Below are positions 48,829 to 56,705 of a stretch of 64,000 nucleotides of DNA, one piece after another. Position 1 is the first letter of the stretch, and each line of letters starts with the position of its first letter. The DNA comes from Acidobacteriota bacterium. Its GTDB lineage: Bacteria > Acidobacteriota > UBA6911 > RPQK01 > JAJDTT01. Location: NCBI GenBank assembly GCA_965263035.1, contig OZ253580.1, positions 4,928,001 through 4,992,000 of the forward strand. The letters run 5' to 3'. Both the position numbers and the translations under genes were made by a program. Below the pieces are notes generated by a model. The model had not been told where the DNA came from. It saw nothing but the letters and a program-made list of their open reading frames with translations, and did no database searches.

Positions 48829-50505
48829 TCACTGCCTGAACTGGAAGGCGTACAGGTCGGTATCATTCATGACGAACCGGAGTCGGATCGGCTTTCCGGC
48901 GAGACGACTCAGGTCCGACTGCCGGTGCCAGGTGACGATCCGGTTCATCTCGTTGGTGGTGTGAATACGGTCGCAGTCCGCCAGTCGAAAACCTTCCAGG
49001 GGATTGTCGAACTCGTCCAGTATTTCTACCCTGAGCGTGCCTAAGGCTGAGGTGTCGACGTTTAAGACCAGCTCCCTACCCTCAAATTTCAGGAGGGGGG
49101 TGGTAAACTGCCCTCCCGGGTACGATGCTCGAACGGAGATAAACCCGTCCCTCCGCAGAACCAGCCGACTGAGGGCTCGAATATTCTGAACGGGACCCAG
49201 CCCCTCCCTTCGAACCGCTTCGCTTTGAGGCTGAAAGCCCCAGGCATGTATCTGATCGCTGCCGCTGTAGTACATGTACATCTCGCGCCCGTTGAGAGCG
49301 GGAACCAGGCCGAGAATCATGTAATTGGACTTTGAATCGAATTCGCCTTTCATGCCCAAGTCCACAAAGGCGCGGCGGTCGTATCGGTGCCAGTCAATGC
49401 CATCCCGACTTGCTGCAAAACGGATGTCCAGTGGTCCCGTGTTGGCAGCCGTCTGACCTTCCCGAGGCATGGTCTCTCCTTTCTTGTCCCAGAAAGATTC
49501 GAAATCGAAGACTGAATCGTTTTCGAATTCGCGGAGGAACCTGCTGTGGTAGTGGTAATAGGCCGAGGGGAACATGTAGTAAGCATCCTGGGCCCAGGGA
49601 TACTTCACAGTGGCATTCGTATACAAATCCATGACCTGGACATTACGGTCTTCCCTCGAATCGTAGTGGTGGGGATCCAAGTGATCGACAGCCAGTACGA
49701 CGGGCGTAACCTCGGCATTCATGAACCGTTCGAGATGGTCCGATTCGCTGCGGGCCACGGCCCTGCCCTGTGATCCGGGAGGACGCAGATTTCGGCGGAT
49801 GTAGGCTGCATATTTGTGGATGCGATCATCCCAAAAGATCACATTTGGGGAATCCAGGTGGTGCTTCTTCGACTCGAAAACGATGACGGATTTGCGGGTG
49901 AGGCTCCAGTGGATTCCGTCTGGGGAAGAAAACAGGTGCAGGGCGGAAGCGGGGAGCGCAGGGGGGTTTCTGACGTAAGCCAACTGGCGAAATCTCTCTT
50001 CGGCAACTGCGTTGGGGTCCAGAAACACAGTGGTGCCGATGAGTCCCTCTTTGACGCCTCCGGCACCGTAGCCAAGAACGATGTTGTTCTCCGTGCTTCC
50101 GAAGATCTCAGCCAGACCCAGCATGGGCTTTTCCCAGTGAATCCCGTCCTGGGAGCGTGCATAAGCCAGACTCTGAAACCTCCCTTTATTCCACATCGGT
50201 TCGCCGGTGTCGGGATCCCTCTTCTTGGGAGCCCTGGCGCTGTACCAGAGGTGGTAGACATCCCCTGCCTTGATGACGGTGGAGGAGCCGGAAATTACGG
50301 TTTCCCAGGGGTGTTCCGGCGCAATCGTGATCTGGTTCGTCTTGATCGGCTGGTGAACGACCAACTCGACGCCCTCCGAAACCTCCAGCAAGCGCCCGTC
50401 GATGAACACCTGCCTTCGGCTGGCGACATCCAGAAGGTTGTTCCGGGCAGGCAGAACCGTCTGAGCCATCAGCATGGCCAGCAGTGCAAACCATATTGTT
50501 CGCAT
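48829..50505 (-). CDS. secreted beta-propeller hydrolase-like family protein
   Basis: Signal peptide; RQVFID, PWE, YARSQDGIHWEKP, DSPN.IFWD, LRRDGFIS, DLYAFQF. Confidence 0.78.
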   Translation of the reverse strand: MRTIWFALLAMLMAQTVLPARNNLLDVASRRQVFIDGRLLEVSEGVELVVHQPIKTNQITIAPEHPWETVISGSSTVIKAGDVYHLWYSARAPKKRDPDTGEPMWNKGRFQSLAYARSQDGIHWEKPMLGLAEIFGSTENNIVLGYGAGGVKEGLIGTTVFLDPNAVAEERFRQLAYVRNPPALPASALHLFSSPDGIHWSLTRKSVIVFESKKHHLDSPNVIFWDDRIHKYAAYIRRNLRPPGSQGRAVARSESDHLERFMNAEVTPVVLAVDHLDPHHYDSREDRNVQVMDLYTNATVKYPWAQDAYYMFPSAYYHYHSRFLREFENDSVFDFESFWDKKGETMPREGQTAANTGPLDIRFAASRDGIDWHRYDRRAFVDLGMKGEFDSKSNYMILGLVPALNGREMYMYYSGSDQIHAWGFQPQSEAVRREGLGPVQNIRALSRLVLRRDGFISVRASYPGGQFTTPLLKFEGRELVLNVDTSALGTLRVEILDEFDNPLEGFRLADCDRIHTTNEMNRIVTWHRQSDLSRLAGKPIRLRFVMNDTDLYAFQFRQ

Positions 50506-50552
50506 TCCAAGTCTCCTTCCAATCCCAGGGAGCAAACCTGTCGGGGCGCACC

Positions 50553-50591
50553 AAAAAAAGCCGGCCATCAGATCTGACAGCCGGCTTTTTT
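50553..50591 (-). terminator. intrinsic terminator downstream of the TonB receptor gene (possibly bidirectional)
   Basis: Minus strand GCCGGCTGTCA-gatc-TGATGGCCGGC followed by T7; A-tract on the other side. Confidence 0.75.
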
Positions 50592-50605
50592 CTTGCCGGT
50601 TATAA

Positions 50606-50763
50606 CAGCCCGTGGTGAAAGTCCCGCGAGCACCGAGACCGTTCCTGCGCCCGCCGGACAAGGCGCGACGAGGGAGCATACCGGGAGTATGTGACCGAGT
50701 CGCAACGCAGTCCGCCGGGATGCAGGGACGGTCGAATGCCGTGACGACTTTTGCCACGGGCTG
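50606..50763 (+). mobile_element. fold-back MITE, family 2, copy C
   Basis: CAGCCCGTGGTGAAAGTC...GACTTTTGCCACGGGCTG; flanks ATAA/TTAA. Confidence 0.85.
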
Positions 50764-50781
50764 TTAACCTTGTGTCCCCGA

Positions 50782-53700
50782 TCAGAAAATGAACTTCACA
50801 CCAAACTGGACGATTCGCGGGCCCGAGGAGAAGCCCTGCGTCCCAAACCCGCTGCTCCTGGGGTTGGTATTGACCGCGTTGCGGTAGCCGCCCCAGAAGT
50901 AGTGCGAATTGAGGAGATTATAGGCTTCCAACCGAAACTGGGCTTGAAACCGTTCACCGATGAAAGTGTTCTTGACAAGAGTCAACCCCACGTCCGTGGG
51001 CGCCATATCCCGGACCCCGGAAAGACGAAGGGGAAAGGTGCGCAGATTGAAGGCGGGCTGTTTGGCGGAGCTCCTCTCAAACCCGGCATTCTGGTTGAAC
51101 ATTCGCGTCGCCTCATGCTGGCCGACCGGGATTTTCTTGATGTCGCCCCGGAAAATAATATTCCCCCATTTCATGGGGATTCCACTTTGCGCGAACCCAA
51201 TGAAGGTTGCACTCCACCCACTGATCAGGTGACTGGCAAGGCCCGAATTGGGTCCAAAGCGCTGGCCCTTGCCGAAGGGGAAGCTGAAGGTGCCCGCAAA
51301 GCGAAGGACATGGGGACGGTCGTTAATGCCGATCGTCCTTTCCGGCGCCGGGTCAATTCCGAAACCGTTGAGGAACTGCAGTTCCTCCATGGTCTTACCC
51401 CAGGTGTAACTGCTCTGAACGTCCCAGCCCCAAAGGTCCTGTGCCCGGAATTCCATCTGCAGGGCGTTGTAGTCAGTCGAGCCGACCTTGTCGGCCCACG
51501 AGCGAAGCCCCGTAATATGGGGAAAAGGTCGCAGCAGAGCCTGCCGTTGGATTGTCGACGCCACTCCCAGAGAACCACCCACACCCTCAACTCCCTGGAA
51601 CGGGTTCGGGACCCGCGCCGTCATGTAGTCGATATGGGCCTGATCCCGCTCTATCGATCTGGTCAAGTACTGCCCCGGCAGCCGGTTATGGTCGTTATTG
51701 GCAATGCCGAAGTCCCTCGTCCGGTTCCCCACATAGCGCACTTCCAGGGTGGCGTTGGGCGACAATCTGCGCTGGATGCCCAACTGAAACTGGTGAGCAT
51801 AGGGGTTTGTGGTACTTCGATCGAGCCCGTGGTTCATCCAGATGAGCTGGCCCAGATTGGTCATCAGTCCATTGCTGGACCCCCTGGGTTGGTTTAAGCC
51901 ACCCGGGAAGAGATCGTCCAGAGAGCCTGAAAAGGTCAAGCCTCCGTCGGTGCTGGAAAAGGCGAATGTGCTCGTGTCGAATCCGGCAATCGGAAAACGG
52001 GCAGCGAAGTGACGCTGGTTCAGGGGGATGAAAGTACGCGAGTAGCCGCCTTTCAGGACCGTGTTGTCATTCAAACGGTAGGCCGCGCCGATCCGCGGAG
52101 AAAAGTTGTTATTGTCAGAGTCGTAGACGGTGCGGGGTTCTCCATCAACTCCGGCAAAGAGCACGCCTCCCATCAGCCGAAACTGATCCGCCGGGATTTC
52201 CCGAATCGGGTTCTTGGCATAATTTGCCTGGACCGCTGCCGAGATAGGATTCTCCACGTCAGCCGCCCATCGTGTCAGTGCCTGGTCATGCATCTCGGTG
52301 GGGGGACCTTCGCGCTCCCACCGGAGCCCGAGGTTCAAGGTGAGTCTGGGTGTGACTTTCCAGTCATCTTGGAGATAGATGCCTGTATAGGTGGAATAAT
52401 TCGCATAATCGGCACGTACGTTCCTGTTGGTGGAGGAATGGAGGCCCAACAGAAAGTCTGCCAGACCGTGGCCCCGCGGAGGGGGCGGGGAGTTGTCGAA
52501 GGGACCACTGGAAAATTGACCGGTGAAGAAAGTTCGGGCTTGATCGCTTCGAACGGAGTTGTAGACATAGCCCCTCCATTCGGCCCCAAACCTGAAACTG
52601 TGGTTCCCCGAAATCTGGGTGAAGTGGGCGGAGGCGCTTCGAATCTCATCAACCTGCAGGCCCGGATCGAAATTCGTAAACCCGTTGTGGCCACCGGGAA
52701 GGTTACTCAGCTTGGGGTAACCGGTGATTGAAACATAGGGAAAACCCGTAAACTCGACGTCGACGAACTGGGACATGTTTGTGGGGAGATCCGCCCAGGT
52801 CAGTCCCCCCGCGTTGTTCCGAGCCCTTGAGGTATGCCGATTGTTCGTGGCGCGAAAGTCAGCCACGAAAGTGGGGTTGATGGTCCAAACGTCGCCGACC
52901 GAGAAATTCCAAATCTGGTGTCGCGTACCGTGCACGTCGACGCACTCGCAGCCCGGACCTCCCGGGTGATTGTCGAACATGGTCCACCCGCTGGAAGGAC
53001 CGTCTGAATTGAGATACCTGCCAAACAGTGTGTGCGAATCGTTCAAGTCATGGTCGATTCGAAGAACCGTGTGCCGGTCCGTTCTGGGAAGCGGGGTATA
53101 GCCTTTGTCGTAAAGATAGTTGCGAAAGCCGTCCGGACTCGCCCCACTCGCATTGTTGGGGGCAAGGAAGAACCCGAGGAGGGGTGCCGAAATCGGGTGG
53201 ATGCGACTGGATGGAATGATATTGTTGGGGAAGGGTTGGCGCTCGACTCGCCCCTCCGCGTTCAGAACCGCGGTCATTGGGTCGTAGAGCTGATACTCCG
53301 GGTCCAGTGCCAGCAGGTCCGAAAAGTCGCCGGACTTATGTGCCGCTCTGGGTACGGTTGCCTGAGAGTCACCGAACCTGACCTGTTCCCAATGGGTCCA
53401 GCCCAGAAAGAAGAAGGTCTTGTCCTTGATGACCGGACCTCCTCCTGTAAAACCGTAACGCTTGTAGGGAAAACTGCTTCTATTCTGTCCAGCCCTGTTG
53501 CGGACCCAGCTGTTCGCGTTGAACATGTCATGGCGCCCGAAGTAAAAGGCCTCACCGTGATAGTCATTGGTGCCCGTTTTCATGATGACGTCAACGGTCG
53601 TGCTGCCGGTATGCCCCACACTGGCATCGAAGGTGGTGGTTTGGATGCGCACTTCCTTCACCAGTTCCGTGGTCGCATTGAAGGAAACGGCACCGCCGTC

Positions 53701-54348
53701 GACCGCATTGTTCCGCTGGGTGTTGGGAGTTCCGTCCATCGTAAACTCTGCAGTTCCCGTGGGCATTCCGTTGAACCGGACCAGACCGGATCCAGCCCGC
53801 TGATAGGGCTCCTGGTTCATACTGAAGTTGCCGTACCCTGCAGCTGAGTCGGCCGAGGGTGAAAGCAGGAAAAGATAAGTGGGGTTTCCCTGGCCGATGG
53901 GCAGCGAGGTGAGCGGCTTCTGCCCAAAGGCGACGCCCAGATCGGCATCCGCCGACTGGAGAAGCGTGGGATCAGAGGTCACCGTCACGCTGTCTTCGAC
54001 CTCCCCTACGTCGAGACTGAGGTCAACCCGCACCCGCTCGTTGCTGGCGACGGGTATGTCCTCGACCACAGCGGTTTTGAAGCCCTCGAGTGCGGCCTCA
54101 ATCCGGTACTGGCCGGGCAGCAGTCCCGGGGCCTCGTAGTAACCGCTGTCGCTGGTAATCGTATTGTGGGCAATGTTGGTGGATTGATGGATGACCCTCA
54201 CCTCGGTTCCCGGAACACTGGCGCCACTCGCGTCGACGACCAGGCCCGAGATAATGGCCCGATGCCCCTGAGCCAACAACGCCGAGCCGGCACCCATCAG
54301 GCAAAACACACAGATTGCGATCACGGTCCTGTAATTTGCGGTCCACAT
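50782..54348 (-). CDS. TonB-dependent receptor, Oar/carboxypeptidase-regulatory-domain type
   Basis: Signal peptide; ISGLVVDASGA.VPG, KTGTNDYHG, QDDWKVTPRLTLNLGLRWE, FSPRIG.AY, C-terminal KFIF. Confidence 0.92.
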   Translation of the reverse strand: MWTANYRTVIAICVFCLMGAGSALLAQGHRAIISGLVVDASGASVPGTEVRVIHQSTNIAHNTITSDSGYYEAPGLLPGQYRIEAALEGFKTAVVEDIPVASNERVRVDLSLDVGEVEDSVTVTSDPTLLQSADADLGVAFGQKPLTSLPIGQGNPTYLFLLSPSADSAAGYGNFSMNQEPYQRAGSGLVRFNGMPTGTAEFTMDGTPNTQRNNAVDGGAVSFNATTELVKEVRIQTTTFDASVGHTGSTTVDVIMKTGTNDYHGEAFYFGRHDMFNANSWVRNRAGQNRSSFPYKRYGFTGGGPVIKDKTFFFLGWTHWEQVRFGDSQATVPRAAHKSGDFSDLLALDPEYQLYDPMTAVLNAEGRVERQPFPNNIIPSSRIHPISAPLLGFFLAPNNASGASPDGFRNYLYDKGYTPLPRTDRHTVLRIDHDLNDSHTLFGRYLNSDGPSSGWTMFDNHPGGPGCECVDVHGTRHQIWNFSVGDVWTINPTFVADFRATNNRHTSRARNNAGGLTWADLPTNMSQFVDVEFTGFPYVSITGYPKLSNLPGGHNGFTNFDPGLQVDEIRSASAHFTQISGNHSFRFGAEWRGYVYNSVRSDQARTFFTGQFSSGPFDNSPPPPRGHGLADFLLGLHSSTNRNVRADYANYSTYTGIYLQDDWKVTPRLTLNLGLRWEREGPPTEMHDQALTRWAADVENPISAAVQANYAKNPIREIPADQFRLMGGVLFAGVDGEPRTVYDSDNNNFSPRIGAAYRLNDNTVLKGGYSRTFIPLNQRHFAARFPIAGFDTSTFAFSSTDGGLTFSGSLDDLFPGGLNQPRGSSNGLMTNLGQLIWMNHGLDRSTTNPYAHQFQLGIQRRLSPNATLEVRYVGNRTRDFGIANNDHNRLPGQYLTRSIERDQAHIDYMTARVPNPFQGVEGVGGSLGVASTIQRQALLRPFPHITGLRSWADKVGSTDYNALQMEFRAQDLWGWDVQSSYTWGKTMEELQFLNGFGIDPAPERTIGINDRPHVLRFAGTFSFPFGKGQRFGPNSGLASHLISGWSATFIGFAQSGIPMKWGNIIFRGDIKKIPVGQHEATRMFNQNAGFERSSAKQPAFNLRTFPLRLSGVRDMAPTDVGLTLVKNTFIGERFQAQFRLEAYNLLNSHYFWGGYRNAVNTNPRSSGFGTQGFSSGPRIVQFGVKFIF

Positions 54349-54451
54349 CTCTGCATCCTCCCTTTGGCGGATTAATATGTCCGCCCAGATGGCAAAATCA
54401 CGCTCCTGACAGACTCAGTCAGACAACGAGACGATTTTTGCCTTGTTCTTG

Positions 54452-54612
54452 CAGTCTGTGGTGATAGTCCCGCGTAGCACCGAGACGGGGGCTGTGAGCG
54501 CCGGACAAGGCGCGGCCAGGCAGCATACTTGACCGTATGTGATCAAGGAGTTAATGGAGTGCGCCGGGATGCAGTCCCGACCGAATGCCGTGCCGACTTT
54601 TACCACGGGCTG
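54452..54612 (+). mobile_element. fold-back MITE, family 2, copy D (most diverged)
   Basis: CAGTCTGTGGTGATAGTC...GACTTTTACCACGGGCTG; central CATAC-ttgacc-GTATG. Confidence 0.8.
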
Positions 54613-54671
54613 TTGGAAAAGAAATTGCTAGGTTACTAACAGTTAATAATTATCTAATTATCGTTGAGTTT

Positions 54672-54687
54672 AGCAAGAATGGTGCCA
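54672..54687 (-). promoter_or_regulatory. sigma-54 (-24/-12) promoter facing the TonB receptor gene
   Basis: Minus strand TGGCAC-CATTC-TTGCT matches TGGCAC-N5-TTGCW in an AT-rich intergenic stretch. Confidence 0.75.
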
Positions 54688-54849
54688 CGTTACTCAAGAA
54701 GCTGACTAAGTGGAGGCATTTCTTTACTTATGTCAACTGGGCAGCCCCCGCGATCAACCCTCTTGATCCAATAAATTGAATTTCCAAGAGGCAAAAAAGG
54801 AAAAAACCAAAAACTTGGATTTTTCGAGTGCTTTTGCCGCCCTCCCTGT

Positions 54850-54999
54850 CGGCCTGTGGCAAAAAGTCTGGGGGAGTCGGTCCGGTGTGTTGAATCGTGC
54901 CCTGCCGATGGGAAAGAAACCGTCCGCAGGACGGCAGCGGAAGAAGTGCGTGGCGACCGAGAAACTGCCGCGCAGCCCCGGGCTTTTTTCCACGGGCTG
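54850..54999. mobile_element. 150-bp element with family-2-like termini but a different interior
   Basis: CGGCCTGTGGCAAAAAGTCTGGGG...CCCCGGGCTTTTTTCCACGGGCTG; flanks CTGT/CTAT. Confidence 0.6.
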
Positions 55000-55009
55000 C
55001 TATGGTAAA

Positions 55010-55171
55010 CAGCCCGTGGCAACAGTCGTCACGGCATTCGACCGTCCCTGCGTCCTGCCGCTGCTGTGCGTTGCGACTCGGTCACATACTCCCGGTATGC
55101 TCCCTCCGAAGCGTCTTGTCCGGCGGGCGCAGGAACGGTCTCGGTGCTCGCGCGACTTTCACCACGGACTG
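55010..55171 (-). mobile_element. fold-back MITE, family 2, copy E
   Basis: CAGCCCGTGGCAACAGTC...GACTTTCACCACGGACTG; TAAA on both sides. Confidence 0.87.
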
Positions 55172-55268
55172 TAAAGACCGCTACCTCAATCAGACAGACT
55201 TTCCCTGTGTCAACGGGCCTTGGAAAATTTGATGTACAATTTCCCACCGAACACCTATGGGGGGCTTT

Positions 55269-55468
55269 GGTTCCGGATCGGAGAGGCGTTTCTGGAGGTC
55301 TCGGGGGTTCCTCACCGGGGCTGCAAGAAATTCTCGAGCCGTTACGGCGCCGACGCCCTGAAGTTCGTCAACGGACCCGGGTCGAAGGACCTCCGGCTGC
55401 GCGGATGCTTCGTCTTCGTGGTGGAGGCCGGACCTGTCCGGGTCGGCGATCCCGTCCGGAAGCTGTAG
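55269..55468 (+). pseudogene. displaced 3' fragment of the MOSC gene (direct repeat of 28207-28406)
   Basis: FRIGEA.LEVS..PH.GCKKFSSRYG.DALKFVN...RKL-stop; no 5' part; stop lies 12 nt before the next gene. Confidence 0.9.
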
Positions 55469-55480
55469 CCGAGGAAGACC

Positions 55481-56620
55481 ATGAAGATCATCGATGTCCA
55501 GACCTTTGGCGTGAACCTGGGGGACGGCAACCACGTCTTCGTCAAGATCCTGACCGACGAGCATCTGCACGGGATCGGGGAAGCCTACCGTGTCGGTCCG
55601 GACCATGCCGTGGAGCAGACGATCCACTACTTCAAGGACTGGATCCTGGGTCTGGATCCAACCCGGATCGAGTACATCTGGCGCCTCCTCTACAACGGCT
55701 CCAGGTTCCCGGGCGGCTCCATCCTGAACGCCGCCATCAGCGGCATCGAGATCGCCTGCTGGGACCTGAAGGGCAAGGCCCTGGGGGTGCCCGTTTATGA
55801 ACTGATCGGCGGCCGCTGCCGGGATCGGGTCCGGGTCTATCTGGGCATCGGCGGCAGCACTCCGCGCCAGGTGGCCAACGCGGCACGACGGGCCGTGGAC
55901 CAGGGGTTCACCGCCGTCAAGATGGCTCCGCAACCACCCAACGCCGAGAAGCTCCCCTGGGACCAGGTGCTCCGGGGGACGGCGGCCAGGCTGGAGGCGG
56001 TTCGCAAGGCCGCAGGCGACGACCTGGACGTGGGCCTGGATCCCCATGCCCGCATCTTCGAACCGGTCCGGGCCCTGCAGATGGCCGAAGCGGTCGAGCC
56101 CTATCGGCCCATGTTTTTCGAGGAGCCGCTCCGGCCCGAGAACATCGAGGCCATGGGGAAGCTGCACCGGAAGATCCCCATCCCCATCGCCACCGGAGAG
56201 ATGCTCTACACCAAATACGAGTTCCGGGACGTGATCGCGGCCGATGCCGCCGACATTCTGCAACCGGACCTGCTGCTGTGCGGCGGGCTCATGGAGGCCA
56301 AGAAGATCGCCGCCATGGCCGAGGCCGAGTACCTGACCATCGCACCGCACAGCCCGCTGGGTCCCGTTTCTACGGCCGTGTCGACCCACTTCGCCGCCTC
56401 GACGCCCAACTTCATCGTCCTGGAGTACCGGGACGACAGCCGGGGTCCCATGCGAAACCTGGTATTGGAGCCCATGAAACGGGTGGGCGGCTACCTGGAA
56501 TTGCCCCAGGATCCAGGCCTGGGAATCGAACTCAACGAGAAGGCCTTTGCCGGCAATCCGCTCAAGAAATGGCATCGGCCGTTCGTCATCGAGCCCGACG
56601 GCAACATCGCCTACCAATGA
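55481..56620 (+). CDS. mandelate racemase / galactonate dehydratase-like acid-sugar dehydratase
   Basis: AISGIEIACWDLKGK.LGVPVYEL.GG, GFTAVKM, DPH, EEP, TGE, QPD...GG..E.KKIA.MA, APH. Confidence 0.88.
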   Translation: MKIIDVQTFGVNLGDGNHVFVKILTDEHLHGIGEAYRVGPDHAVEQTIHYFKDWILGLDPTRIEYIWRLLYNGSRFPGGSILNAAISGIEIACWDLKGKALGVPVYELIGGRCRDRVRVYLGIGGSTPRQVANAARRAVDQGFTAVKMAPQPPNAEKLPWDQVLRGTAARLEAVRKAAGDDLDVGLDPHARIFEPVRALQMAEAVEPYRPMFFEEPLRPENIEAMGKLHRKIPIPIATGEMLYTKYEFRDVIAADAADILQPDLLLCGGLMEAKKIAAMAEAEYLTIAPHSPLGPVSTAVSTHFAASTPNFIVLEYRDDSRGPMRNLVLEPMKRVGGYLELPQDPGLGIELNEKAFAGNPLKKWHRPFVIEPDGNIAYQ

Positions 56621-56705
56621 GCGAGAGTCCGGCTCCCAATCCCCAATCTATTCACACCTGCCTCCGGTTCAGGCCGGAGGGCATTCACCAAAAGCGAGGT
56701 CCATC

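Larger units (their letters stand above)
28407..55268. mobile_element. putative ~27-kb genomic island, no integrase seen
   Basis: Bounded by the MOSC 3'-end repeats; visibly more AT-rich codons than the flanks; contains all five family-2 MITEs. Confidence 0.7.

Noticed and set aside
50506-50757. N-terminal extension of ORF 48829..50757
   Set aside because: It runs through a MITE and a terminator; the signal peptide starts at the ATG at 50505.
33375-55171. Family-2 repeat as a riboswitch or conserved small peptide gene
   Set aside because: It occurs in both orientations relative to neighbouring genes and has target duplications; indels shift the reading frame between copies.
28207-55468. DGR TR/VR pair at the MOSC C-terminus
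   Set aside because: Differences involve all four bases and many are synonymous third-position changes; no RT or avd gene.
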